A DNA stretch of 52,623 nucleotides, from positions 1 to 52,623 of IMG/VR virus record IMGVR_UViG_3300042923_001758. The stretch is one strand, 5' to 3'. This DNA is from a virus. Its lineage: Duplodnaviria; Caudoviricetes. The translations under genes were made by a program, and so were the position numbers. Below, piece by piece: positions 36,463 through 46,320 of the stretch (positions are counted from its first letter, which is position 1; the number at the start of each line of letters is the position of its first letter). The notes beneath the pieces were generated by a model that saw only the letters and a list, made by a program, of their open reading frames with translations, was not told where the DNA came from and did no database searches.

Positions 36463-38175
36463 CTACATTCCATGTGGTTTTTTATAAAACACTCTGCGAT
36501 TATTAGCTCCCGCAAGCTCTACAACCGAGGCCAACGCATCGGGTAAGTCGTCGTGATCGTGTGCGGGGAATTGCTCTAGCATTTCTCGCATTAAGCGCTG
36601 ACTGTATTTAAGCCTTAAAACTCCGTTCTCGAATAAAGGTTCTAGCTGCTCAATACGCACCTCTTTTTTACCTTTTGGGTTGACTGCTTTAACTCTTGAG
36701 TGATAGATACCTCGTTTTGTGAGTTTGTCTCGTAGCTGACGAAACATATCGTATTGCGCCTGTACGGTCTCAACTCCTACTGTCCTCGGTTTGTACTGAG
36801 TAACCTTTTCTACTGCTACCTCTAGCGCCTCGTGCATTGGACACTTTTTCGCCCAAGCGTCAAGGACATATATAATCCCCGTTCTCTTATCACGCCCTAT
36901 CGTGACAATCGCGTTATAGTCTGAGCGGTTATTCTTACCGATTGCAATATCCCAAAAAGTATAGATATCAAGAGGTAAAAGTCTGTTAAATTGGTCATAA
37001 AGGTCTTTATCATCAAAGAATGAAAAGAACGACGGTTTAAATATTGCATTCTCGTCATCTATAGGCTTGTTAAGAAACTCGGAACCAAAGGCGCGAGTAC
37101 CGATATTAACTTTTTCCATTATTAATTTATAGTAAGGGAATCTACTCTCCCAAAGCGTCCGCACTCCCTTGTCCATCTGCTCTTTATGCTCGTCATAAAA
37201 AGCGATAGCCTCCTCCATTCGTCCGCTGTTCTCCTGCTCCCTGTATATCTCCTCGAACCTCTGCCAAAGCTCCTCATTATCGGGCTCTTGCACAATAGCC
37301 GAGTGAATACGCCCCTCAAAATCTGCTCTTGATAGAACCCCTGGAAGTAGCCCTTGACCGTGTACGAGCGTTCCCATGTAAATGATTGCAGTACGGCTCG
37401 GATCTCCAATCGGGATAATAACGGAGTTGAACCAATGGAGGTTTTTATCTCGGAGCTCTTTGGTGTTTGTGTTCTTTGAACTCTCAAGGTCGTCAAGGAT
37501 AATTAAATCAGGTCTAAAAGCTCCATGACGCGCGCCTCGTAGTTGCTTACCGATAGAGGCTCCCTGTACTCTTGTATTGGTTAGGGTAACGAACCCCTCT
37601 TGATTGTCTTTTAAATTCTCCCTTTTATTTGAGGAGAGAAAGTCGCCGAAATCCTTGCGCAGCTTTATATTAAACTTAAGTTGGTCTGATACCCACTCTA
37701 CGAACTTGCGAGACATAGACTCCGTTTCTGAAACGATAAGAATATATTTTCGGAGCTTAAAAATGATTTGGTGTACTGGAAAGACGTTTGATAAATATGC
37801 CGATTTTGCATGACCTCTAGGTACCGACCATGCGATACGTTTAGTCGGCTCTTCTGTAGAAAGAATGTTCAAGATACTACATAGCTCGCCGTGAAACTCG
37901 GGCGCGTCGCTTAGATGTGTTCCTATGGGAATGAGGTTATTTTCGTTTTCAGGATTACGCTCATCTGAAAAGTATTCATAAGTGAAGAATAAAACGTCGT
38001 ATTCGGAGCGCTTGATTCTGTACTGTTTTGTATAGGCTCTAATACCGTCCATAGCGTGAGTCTTTTCCTCGGGGGTTGCTGCCTCTTTGTACTTCTCTTT
38101 AAGACGCTTGATAATGCACTCCAGCTTTTCTATATCTGCCTTGTCCTGCTGTAGGTTTTTAAAATCTACACTCAC
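36463..38175 (-). CDS. terL: Terminase large subunit
   Basis: 'PRGHAKS', 'RPDLIILDDLE', 'WDIA', 'DYNAIV', 'HDDLPDAL'. Confidence 0.93.
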   Translation of the reverse strand: MSVDFKNLQQDKADIEKLECIIKRLKEKYKEAATPEEKTHAMDGIRAYTKQYRIKRSEYDVLFFTYEYFSDERNPENENNLIPIGTHLSDAPEFHGELCSILNILSTEEPTKRIAWSVPRGHAKSAYLSNVFPVHQIIFKLRKYILIVSETESMSRKFVEWVSDQLKFNIKLRKDFGDFLSSNKRENLKDNQEGFVTLTNTRVQGASIGKQLRGARHGAFRPDLIILDDLESSKNTNTKELRDKNLHWFNSVIIPIGDPSRTAIIYMGTLVHGQGLLPGVLSRADFEGRIHSAIVQEPDNEELWQRFEEIYREQENSGRMEEAIAFYDEHKEQMDKGVRTLWESRFPYYKLIMEKVNIGTRAFGSEFLNKPIDDENAIFKPSFFSFFDDKDLYDQFNRLLPLDIYTFWDIAIGKNNRSDYNAIVTIGRDKRTGIIYVLDAWAKKCPMHEALEVAVEKVTQYKPRTVGVETVQAQYDMFRQLRDKLTKRGIYHSRVKAVNPKGKKEVRIEQLEPLFENGVLRLKYSQRLMREMLEQFPAHDHDDLPDALASVVELAGANNRRVFYKKPHGM

Positions 38176-38220
38176 AGTTTACCTCCCATCTATAACCTAA
38201 AATAAAAGGTAGTCCGAACT

Positions 38221-38258
38221 ACCTATATACAAGTTAGAAAAGCGACTCTAAATACAAG
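38221..38258 (-). promoter_or_regulatory. Candidate late promoter (terL operon)
   Basis: Minus strand CTTGTATT-N17-CTTGTATATAG, followed by AGGTAGT-TCGG-ACTACCT hairpin and TTTATTTT. Confidence 0.6.
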
Positions 38259-38396
38259 CGATTGCGCCAAAATAGAACCTATGGCTCATAAGTGCGTAGC
38301 TTATAGGGAGCGGTAAAAAGCGTAAAAAACCCTCGCAGATTATTCTGCGAGGTTAAGAAATAAGAGTTGATCGAATTTTAAACAAAAAAAGAGAGG

Positions 38397-38972
38397 CTAC
38401 AAAGCAACCTCTCTCGTTAATTCACGTCTATTTATTTCTCTATATAATGGAGCCTTTGTTACTCCTGTCTTTCGTGTTATCTCTGATACGGTATATCTAC
38501 CACTCGCCCAAAGCTCGACAGCTAAGTCCATCCTATCATTATTTACAGGGGGTCTCCCCATCCTAACACCCTTTTGTTTAGCGATGGCTAGTCCCTCTTT
38601 TGTACGCTCTACTATAATCTCTCGCTCAAACTGCGCTAGAACCGCCAGCATACCGAACATTAACCGCCCACTCGGGGTTGTTGTATCTATATTTTCCTTA
38701 AGACTAATAAGCTGTACTTCACGCTTCTTAAACTCCTCACATACTGCTATTAGTTGAGAGGTAGAACGTGAGAGACGAGTTAACTCTGCTACTACTACGA
38801 TATCTCCTTGAGAAAGCTCGTTCATCATTTTATTAAATTCAGGGCGATTTGTTTTACCTCCGCTCACTTTTTCAAAATAAATCTTATCAACTTCAAATTT
38901 ATTAAGTATTTCAGTTTGTCTGCCGAGTTTCTGGTCTATTGTTGACACTCTTGCATATCCTATTTTTGCCAT
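38397..38972 (-). CDS. Small serine resolvase/invertase
   Basis: 'IGYARVST.DQ', 'RLSRS', 'ERTKEGL', 'GRP', C-terminal HTH. Confidence 0.93.
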   Translation of the reverse strand: MAKIGYARVSTIDQKLGRQTEILNKFEVDKIYFEKVSGGKTNRPEFNKMMNELSQGDIVVVAELTRLSRSTSQLIAVCEEFKKREVQLISLKENIDTTTPSGRLMFGMLAVLAQFEREIIVERTKEGLAIAKQKGVRMGRPPVNNDRMDLAVELWASGRYTVSEITRKTGVTKAPLYREINRRELTREVAL

Positions 38973-38990
38973 GTTACCATCTCCTATCTC

Positions 38991-39023
38991 TATACTTAAA
39001 GTTGTATTACGTATATAAGTATA
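38991..39023. promoter_or_regulatory. Tandem 18-bp operators upstream of resolvase
   Basis: TATACTTAAAGTTGTATT (38991-39008) and ATTACGTATATAAGTATA (39006-39023); same 15-bp offset as at ardA. Confidence 0.55.
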
Positions 39024-39242
39024 TAATAATATAAAAGCTCTAAAATTTCAACAAAATTCGTCAAGACTTTAAATTATTACTTCTGCTGTCTTTCAAATAT
39101 TCTACCTGATACTATTAAAGTGTGTTATAATAAAAAATATTTCAAAATGCGTATAGTTCAAATAAATTAAAATGTTGTGGTAAATAAAACAAGAGTTCTA
39201 CTAATCAGATAAATAAAATATGTACTAATAAAAGAGGTAAAA

Positions 39243-40286
39243 ATGATGCATAAGAATAAAAAGACAAATAATCTGACGAAATTTATGCTTGTTATAATAG
39301 CTGCTATTCTTATATACCTAATAATTATGTGTGGTGTATTGATATTTGTATTAAATTCTTCAAATAGTAGAGAAGAAACAAACATTTCTATAAATGAATC
39401 AAAGACTTCTATACCAATAAATAATAAAGATAAAAATATTAGAGGTAATACAACAGGCAACATCCGAAATTCTGGACTAGCTGCTATTCAAGGAGACTGG
39501 ATTTATTATTCGAATTCTTCTGATGGAGCATCTATATATAAAATCAAGACTGATGGTACTCAAAAAATAAAATTAAATGATGTCCCAAGTACAAACATAA
39601 ATATAGTTGGTGATTGGGTTTATTATAAAAGCTTTAGTTCATCAACTATAGAAAAAATGAAAATTGATGGTAGTGAAAATACACAATTAAATGTAAAAGT
39701 AGACTCATACATAAATGTTGTAGGTGATTGGATTTATTATAATAATTTTGATGATGACCAAACATGTATATATAAAATCAAAACTGATGGTACTCAAAAA
39801 ACAAAATTAAATAATGAAACCAGCTATGATATTAATATAGTAGATGATTGGATTTATTATTCATCTGCTTCTGATGGCGATTCCTTATATAAAATCAAGA
39901 CTGATGGTACTCAAAGAAAAAAATTAAATAATTCCAAAAACCTAGGTATTGTTGTATACAACGATTGGATTTATTATGCAAATTATTCTGACTGGGGAAC
40001 CATATATAAAATTAGAATAGACGGTACTGATGAAACGCCCTTAAATACGCAGCTAAATACAGAAGCAAGTGCATACTTAAATGTTTCAGATGATTGGATT
40101 TATTATCAAAATCCTAATGATAACTTTTCCGTTTATAAAATAAAAATAGATGGTAGTGAGAATACAAAATTAAATAATACATATAGTGAGTCTATAAATA
40201 TAGTAGGTGATTGGATTTATTATAGAGATGAAAAAACTCTTTATAAGATGAAAATTGATGGAAGTGAAATCAGTAATGTCGATTAA
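39243..40286 (+). CDS. DUF5050-like beta-propeller surface protein with N-terminal membrane anchor
   Basis: Seven about-40-aa repeats 'DWIYY....IYKIK.DG....KLN' after a TM helix; 'GNT.GNI.NSG'. Confidence 0.85.
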   Translation: MMHKNKKTNNLTKFMLVIIAAILIYLIIMCGVLIFVLNSSNSREETNISINESKTSIPINNKDKNIRGNTTGNIRNSGLAAIQGDWIYYSNSSDGASIYKIKTDGTQKIKLNDVPSTNINIVGDWVYYKSFSSSTIEKMKIDGSENTQLNVKVDSYINVVGDWIYYNNFDDDQTCIYKIKTDGTQKTKLNNETSYDINIVDDWIYYSSASDGDSLYKIKTDGTQRKKLNNSKNLGIVVYNDWIYYANYSDWGTIYKIRIDGTDETPLNTQLNTEASAYLNVSDDWIYYQNPNDNFSVYKIKIDGSENTKLNNTYSESINIVGDWIYYRDEKTLYKMKIDGSEISNVD

Positions 40287-40400
40287 TAGTATTAGTCTCA
40301 TTTAAAGAGAGTGTAAAATAATCTTTTTAAATTGCTTTCTATAATAATTAATTGTGTGGCAGAAAGGCAACAGTATGGCGTTTCTGACTTAGCTACAATA

Positions 40401-40474
40401 TAGTATGCATAAAAGCACATGTCAAAGCCCCTCTCATCAGAGGTTGCCCTTGACATGTGCTTTTATGCATACTA
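40401..40474. repeat. Perfect 25-bp inverted repeat
   Basis: TAGTATGCATAAAAGCACATGTCAA (40401-40425) / TTGACATGTGCTTTTATGCATACTA (40450-40474). Confidence 0.9.
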
Positions 40475-40557
40475 AAGAAGAAGCCTTCCCTCAAACATAA
40501 TACTAAGTTCTCCGTATAATTCTGCTCCAGTTATAAAGTAAATTTTTTAGGCTCTCC

Positions 40558-40596
40558 CTAAATTCTTTGAATATCTTTCGTATGATTATCAGCTAT
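40558..40596 (-). pseudogene. Possible remnant of vsr (very short patch repair endonuclease)
   Basis: (ATA)ADNHTKDIQRI* directly after the R-M operon resembles the Vsr N-terminus MADNHT. Confidence 0.3.
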
Positions 40597-40612
40597 ATTC
40601 GTACTCTATCAA

Positions 40613-42490
40613 TTAAACGTTGTAATAAATAATATTGCCCGGAAGTTTAATATTGGGAATCCAAATCTTCTTACCATCCCAGCCTTTGTTTCCTGTTACT
40701 TTATACATAGTCAACACTACCTCATTAGGATAAGTATCACCAAGTTTTCTATCGTTTGGTGATAATAGAGTTCCCGTTCCTTTTGCTATGTCCCTATTTC
40801 TGCGGACGATTAACCTGCCTTGAGCTAAAGGATTTTCAGCAATGAATGTATTTATAAACCCTACAAAAGCCGAAATACTCCAATCATCCATCTCAGAACT
40901 GGTTTGTTCTAATAACCGCATAATAAGCTTTAAGCTTACTAAATATGATTCTTCAGAAAATGCCACTAACAACTGATCAAGCAAATCTACATCTTTATTG
41001 ATAGGATAAAAAGGAAAATAGTTTACACCTCCTGAAAATACGTCAACTGATTTTTTATCAAGTACGTTTTTTCGTGTTGGCTTTAATCCTGTAGGATAAT
41101 AAATCTTGATATCACAATTTTTGCTTTGTTTTTTAATCTGAGCTATTATACTATTGTTTGTTGTATTAATATCCGAAAATAGTTTATAAAGTATCGGAGG
41201 CATAAACACACGCATTAAAGCATGGTCTCTGTCATAACCAAACATACGGGCGTGCTGCCACATTGTATCAGCTTGAGGATTTTTTGCAACTCTGCAGTAA
41301 TAAATTGTCTGCAGTTGTGGGAACGTGACCCCCCTCCCTAGACTGTTTCCTCCAATTATAATATTTATATCATTTTCATATTTAACATTTTCATCGTAAG
41401 GAGTAAATGAATTAATTACTAAAACCTTCACCATATCATTTTCAAGCTGATTACATATGAAAGCAAATATATTGTTAAAAGGTTGAATATTTGTCTTTGT
41501 TGCTTTAAGATTTTCATACACAAGTCTAAAAGCATCAGCTGTTTCTGGTTCCTCATATGTTATAGAAATTTCATTAAGATAATCCCCAATTTTTTCAGCA
41601 AACTTACTATGCTGATCAGTACGAACACTAGGATGAATTAAAAAATTAGAAACTTTTCCTCCTTCTAAAAAAATGTGCGCAGATGTTATCAAATGCATCA
41701 TAAGTGCATTTTTTAATCCATTCTCTGGAAATTCATCATCTATTAATAGTTCATCTGCCTCATCATTGTCTGTAAAAATAAGGTATGGAGTTTGTTCATT
41801 ACCAAAGAAAAAGTTCCCACCCAAGTATCCTTGACCGGGTTCAAAGTAATATGTAAAATACGGTTTCCATCCGCTTTGAGCAGTCTGAAGCAGAATAGCT
41901 TGAGGAGTACCCGTGACTTGCATATATATACTACTAGAAGTCGTCCGTTTAATTTCATCCAATAACTTATTTATAGTGCTTCGCTTTTTTTGATTTACCA
42001 TTGTATTTAAACTGGCAGCGTCTGCTTCATCATCCACAATGAATAAGGGATTACCCGCACAAAAATTAGTTGAAGATATGTTATTTTTCCATTGTTTTAG
42101 TATCCTGCCATTTTTCTTTAATACAACAACTACAGGTTTTCGCAAGTTATTATTCACAAAAGATAAGTAATCATTTTCATCGCAAATGCAAAACTCACTT
42201 AGATCTTTCTGAGCTCTTCTAAAAGTCTGCTGTTGTAGCAAAATATTATCCGTTGTTAATAATAGAAAAATGCCGAATCCTTCATCAGCTGCAGCACTCA
42301 TAAGACCAAACATATGACTGGTTTTACCACTTTGAACGTCCCCAACTAAAAGACTAACAACGTGATCTTTAAAAGTAAAATTAGAAACATACTCTGGTAT
42401 AATATCTTTTACAGTTTTATTTATTGCATCTGCAAGCTGCTGATTACCTCGTTTAACTATTCTATCCAAATAACAGTTTAAATAATTCAT
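40613..42490 (-). CDS. SF2 helicase-like ATPase with Z1 domain (H.CglI / N.NgoAVII-like subunit)
   Basis: 'GDVQSGKT', 'IVDDEAD.ASLN', 'TGTPQA', 'GGNSLGRGVT', 'DTMWQHARMFGY'; ATG overlaps REase stop. Confidence 0.85.
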   Translation of the reverse strand: MNYLNCYLDRIVKRGNQQLADAINKTVKDIIPEYVSNFTFKDHVVSLLVGDVQSGKTSHMFGLMSAAADEGFGIFLLLTTDNILLQQQTFRRAQKDLSEFCICDENDYLSFVNNNLRKPVVVVLKKNGRILKQWKNNISSTNFCAGNPLFIVDDEADAASLNTMVNQKKRSTINKLLDEIKRTTSSSIYMQVTGTPQAILLQTAQSGWKPYFTYYFEPGQGYLGGNFFFGNEQTPYLIFTDNDEADELLIDDEFPENGLKNALMMHLITSAHIFLEGGKVSNFLIHPSVRTDQHSKFAEKIGDYLNEISITYEEPETADAFRLVYENLKATKTNIQPFNNIFAFICNQLENDMVKVLVINSFTPYDENVKYENDINIIIGGNSLGRGVTFPQLQTIYYCRVAKNPQADTMWQHARMFGYDRDHALMRVFMPPILYKLFSDINTTNNSIIAQIKKQSKNCDIKIYYPTGLKPTRKNVLDKKSVDVFSGGVNYFPFYPINKDVDLLDQLLVAFSEESYLVSLKLIMRLLEQTSSEMDDWSISAFVGFINTFIAENPLAQGRLIVRRNRDIAKGTGTLLSPNDRKLGDTYPNEVVLTMYKVTGNKGWDGKKIWIPNIKLPGNIIYYNV

Positions 42491-43545
42491 TTTGTCACCC
42501 CAAAATCCAAATACCATAAGTTAGGTATTGTTGTTTTTGTAAAAGTGAATGTATCACGTCCATATCGTCTCAGAGTTTCCTGTGTTACAGGTTCTCCAAC
42601 AGATAGTGCCCCTGCATTTTCCAATCTCCCCTTTAGCCATTTTCCCAATATTTTAAGATCACTCTCAGACCGAAAATTTTTACTGTAGTCTCCACTGATT
42701 TTACACTTAAATTTCCACCCATCATCTGTAATTACATCAAATAATGCTTCATCTGTCTTACTTTTGGGATAATGCATTTGATCTGTTATAGGCTTTGGTA
42801 CAATCAACTCAACTTCATACCAATGGCGTGGCTTAACAAGTCCGTTTTTACCAACACGTCCTCGCCCGAAAAATGCATTGAGATTGCTCTGAGGAGATAC
42901 TTCTGCACCTTTAATTGGAATATTAAAACATATCTCCGTTTGACTTGAAAGACATTGAGCCAATACTTTCGTATCAACTTTTTCAACATGTTCATGATTC
43001 TCAAGCAAAGGATTTTCTTTCTTAAATTGATCAATATCTAAAGCTGCAATATTTTCAGTTGACGTACGGTTAAGCTCATGAATAAACTTCTGCATTTGCT
43101 GTGCGTAATCTGCATCATCTATTAAAACTGAGGCTTCATATGTCCTGCTGTTACTTTCCACAATACTACTCAAATTGTTTGAACCAATTATACCCGCAAA
43201 AGATCCTTTAGCATCTCCATAAGAATACATTTTTCCGTGGAAACGAAAAGGAGTTACCAGTCGAACTTCCCCACATCCATTAGCCATAAGAAAATTGTTG
43301 AGGTCAATCGCAGTTTTGTATTCAACCGCTGTAAACTTATCCAGATAATGCATACCAATGGTAAGATTCATTCTTTCAATGTTATTCAATTCAACAGCTT
43401 TTTTTAGCTCTATTAGTGCCTCTGATGTTATATAACCAACAGCAATATCTAATTGGCTTGTACGCGGAAGCAGAGAATAAAAAGCATCAGAAAATCTTGA
43501 CATTTTCGTTCGCATCGGCGGATAGTTTGAGAATAATAGTTCCAT
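42487..43545 (-). CDS. PLD-family restriction endonuclease (NgoFVII/NgoAVII/CglI-like)
   Basis: 'IAVGY', 'FHGKMY', 'GSNNLS' PLD motifs with C-terminal recognition domain 'RHWYEVEL...KNFRS..DL..LG.WLKG.L'. Confidence 0.85.
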   Translation of the reverse strand: MELLFSNYPPMRTKMSRFSDAFYSLLPRTSQLDIAVGYITSEALIELKKAVELNNIERMNLTIGMHYLDKFTAVEYKTAIDLNNFLMANGCGEVRLVTPFRFHGKMYSYGDAKGSFAGIIGSNNLSSIVESNSRTYEASVLIDDADYAQQMQKFIHELNRTSTENIAALDIDQFKKENPLLENHEHVEKVDTKVLAQCLSSQTEICFNIPIKGAEVSPQSNLNAFFGRGRVGKNGLVKPRHWYEVELIVPKPITDQMHYPKSKTDEALFDVITDDGWKFKCKISGDYSKNFRSESDLKILGKWLKGRLENAGALSVGEPVTQETLRRYGRDTFTFTKTTIPNLWYLDFGVTK

Positions 43546-43557
43546 ACTGACATCTCC

Positions 43558-44667
43558 TTATACCATTTCTTTTGTAACAAAATCCAAACGTTCTTTCACT
43601 GACAGCTTAGATAATTTTTCATAGACTTCGTATAAATCAACTTTTTCATAATCACCAGTAAATAAAGGCTTCAATCTTCTGGCAACTACCCTAACTCCCT
43701 CTGGCGGAACTGCATTGCCAATCTGTCTGCGAACTTCTGCAATGCTCCCTATGAATTTAAAATCATCTGGAAAAGATTGAAGACGAGCCCTCTCTCTATT
43801 CGTTAAAGGTCTAGGCTCTGGATAGTGATAACCCCATGTACCGCCACCTCCTGCGGCAATTATTGTTTTAGCTGGTTCGTCCAATTTAATTCTTCTATAT
43901 ACATGACTAATCATTCCTTTTACGTAAAGCGGATGATCTTTAGGGATATCTGTAAAATTTCCGCCCTCTGGTATTAACTCCAGCATTCTTTTTGTTTTAT
44001 CCATACAATTAATGTGCTCATTATTATATTTTACATTTTTAACTCCTTGTAAGGCTTCTCCTGCAGTTACATATGGAAGCGATGTATTGGGTCCATGTGT
44101 TGGCTTGGGATGAATAAAATTAAATCCTGTATCTATTCGCACCCCTACAATTAATAATCGTTCCCTGAATTGTGGAACTCCATATTCAGCAAAATTGTAT
44201 AGATGTGGTTTTACAACATACCCAGGTGCAATACTTTCAAAATCTTTAATAATGGTTTCAATGGCTTTTCTTTTGTTTGCAGTTAAGAGTCCCTTTACGT
44301 TTTCGGCAACAAACGCCTTAGGTCGCTTTGCATCAACAAATTCAAGAAAATGTCGATATAATCCTCCTCTTTTACCACTTAAGCCCGGCTGTTTCCAAAT
44401 TATCGAAAAATCCTGACACGGAAAACCGCCCAATATTATATCACCATCAGGGATAGTCTTGTCGTCGTATGGGTTTATTTCAGTTATATCTCCAAAGCGA
44501 ATTACATCACCAAAGTGCTCTTTGAATGATGCAACAGCCCATTCTGAAAAGTCATTTGCCCATATAGTATTATAGCCTTCTAAATGAAAGCCCAAGTCCA
44601 AACCTCCGCATCCTGAGAAAACGGACACGACGTTCGGCGAATAATTTTGTTTAATTTCGGTTTTCAT
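43558..44667 (-). CDS. DNA (cytosine-5) methyltransferase
   Basis: 'FSGCGG', 'GGFPCQDFS', 'ENVKG', 'QFRER', 'RERARLQSFPD', 'QIGNAVPP'. Confidence 0.95.
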   Translation of the reverse strand: MKTEIKQNYSPNVVSVFSGCGGLDLGFHLEGYNTIWANDFSEWAVASFKEHFGDVIRFGDITEINPYDDKTIPDGDIILGGFPCQDFSIIWKQPGLSGKRGGLYRHFLEFVDAKRPKAFVAENVKGLLTANKRKAIETIIKDFESIAPGYVVKPHLYNFAEYGVPQFRERLLIVGVRIDTGFNFIHPKPTHGPNTSLPYVTAGEALQGVKNVKYNNEHINCMDKTKRMLELIPEGGNFTDIPKDHPLYVKGMISHVYRRIKLDEPAKTIIAAGGGGTWGYHYPEPRPLTNRERARLQSFPDDFKFIGSIAEVRRQIGNAVPPEGVRVVARRLKPLFTGDYEKVDLYEVYEKLSKLSVKERLDFVTKEMV

Positions 44668-44743
44668 AGTAATAACTCCTCTTTAGTTCTAGATTAGCCT
44701 CGGATTATATTTTAATTGCATTATTAATATAATTAGGCAATTA

Positions 44744-44956
44744 TTATTTATTGCGGACAAGTAGTTCATTAACGTCACAGTCAAATAGGAAACAAATTTT
44801 CTCTATCGTATCAAAGTCAATACGAGTAGCCTTGTCATTGTACAGGTTGGAAATAGTATTCCTCGACAAGCCTGTTTTTTCATGAACATCTTTTATTTTA
44901 TACCGATTTTTTCCCATCAAAGTTGATAGGTTACTCTTTATAGTCAAATCCGTCAC
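44744..44956 (-). CDS. XRE HTH regulator (controller-like) of the R-M operon
   Basis: 'KIKDVHEKTGLSRNTISNLYNDKATRIDFDTIEKIC'. Confidence 0.85.
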   Translation of the reverse strand: MTDLTIKSNLSTLMGKNRYKIKDVHEKTGLSRNTISNLYNDKATRIDFDTIEKICFLFDCDVNELLVRNK

Positions 44957-45825
44957 CTCGTATATCCTAAATTCAGTTCATTATACTACAAATATTAATC
45001 ACCGTATACTAGATTTTGTGCATAAAAATTAAAAGCAACTTTATTAATAATTTAATTTCCCCCTTATGCTGTGCGAATCACAAGCATATCTGAAAATTTA
45101 TAGAAAGCTATTTTCTAGCTAATACCATACTTTTTAACTTCTCATTTATCCTTTTAAAATAATGTTTACAATATAAAAAAAGTTTGGGATATACGTTCTC
45201 TCACTAACTGCCTTTTCTGCGACCTATTTGTTCATTGTTCTCATTGTAATCCTTCATAAACTTATGAACCTCCCGCACTTTTCATAAATCATGACTCTTA
45301 TTTTCTTTCACACAACAGGAATTAGCGCTCACCCAAATGAATACATCCCACAAACCGCACATATCGCTCCAATATATTTGCAGCCTCTGTTCTTATTTAC
45401 CTTTCATCCGTGTTGCCTTAATTCTTCTGTACGCCTCACTGGATTATACTCATACATGATTACTTTACTCTTCCTGCTGTTTCATCTAAATTATCATTTG
45501 AGTATTTAGTACGTTAAATCTCCTAAAAAATTTTTTATTACTTTTGCTCCATACGTACTAACAATTATCAAGATACCCCCAGCTACATATCATTGTTTAT
45601 CTGTTCCTCTCGCTAAGTTTCGACTAAAAAAATATCTTGTATATTTTTGATTGACTTGCAGTAGGGCGTGAGCCCCCCCTATCCCCCATACTCCCCCTCA
45701 TAGCTTTATTCGCATCAAAAGATTACCGAGTTTAGATACCCATTTTAGGGACTCTATAGACATTGATTTTGCGTACTAACCTATGGTGTCCCTAATATCA
45801 CGGTTTTAGGGACGATATGTATAAA

Positions 45826-45872
45826 TAAAAAAAGAGGATACCCATAGTCTTGCGATAACTACGGATACCCTC
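45826..45872 (-). terminator. Terminator after terS
   Basis: Minus strand GAGGGTATCCGTAGT...ACTATGGGTATCCTC followed by T7. Confidence 0.75.
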
Positions 45873-45897
45873 ACTATTCAGTACTGCTTTTAACTTA

Positions 45898-46320
45898 CTA
45901 AATATCCTCGCCTAATAAATCGCGGTATTCCTCGTCTAAATCCTCTATAGTCCGCTCTCTAATCTCTACGCTCTCCTCTACTACCTGTTTGAGCTTACCT
46001 TGATTCTTGAGGAATAAATCAAGAGCCTTAAGTTTGTCGTGAGTTTTACCATTTACAATAATGCCTCTTATCTGATTATAAGCCTCGGAGATAAAGGCTC
46101 TTTGTACTTGCTCTGCTCTCTCCTCCATATGGTCTATAAAATGGTCATTATCTGTACGCCATAGATAAAGCGTCTTTGTATCTACATCTATTTCCTCTGC
46201 TATCTGCTCGTAAGTAAGACCATTCACATCACGAGAGACGATTAGCTCCACGGCTTTTCTCTGTCTCATATCGAGCATATCACGGGGATTGACTTTCTTT
46301 GGTCTGCCTCGTTTAGCCAC
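45898..46320 (-). CDS. terS: Terminase small subunit (HTH)
   Basis: 'KRGRPKK', 'RQRKAVEL', 'TYEQIAEEIDVDTKTLYLWR', 'KALDLFLK..GKL'; GTG start after GAGGGGG. Confidence 0.75.
   Translation of the reverse strand: MAKRGRPKKVNPRDMLDMRQRKAVELIVSRDVNGLTYEQIAEEIDVDTKTLYLWRTDNDHFIDHMEERAEQVQRAFISEAYNQIRGIIVNGKTHDKLKALDLFLKNQGKLKQVVEESVEIRERTIEDLDEEYRDLLGEDI

Noticed and set aside
45291-45509. 72-aa plus-strand ORF
   Set aside because: No RBS or motif; the region looks like decayed intergenic DNA.
45501-45530. Ninth copy of the phage-sigma promoter (AGTATTTAGTA)
   Set aside because: The -10 half is present but there is no GTTAC at the 15-16 nt spacing.
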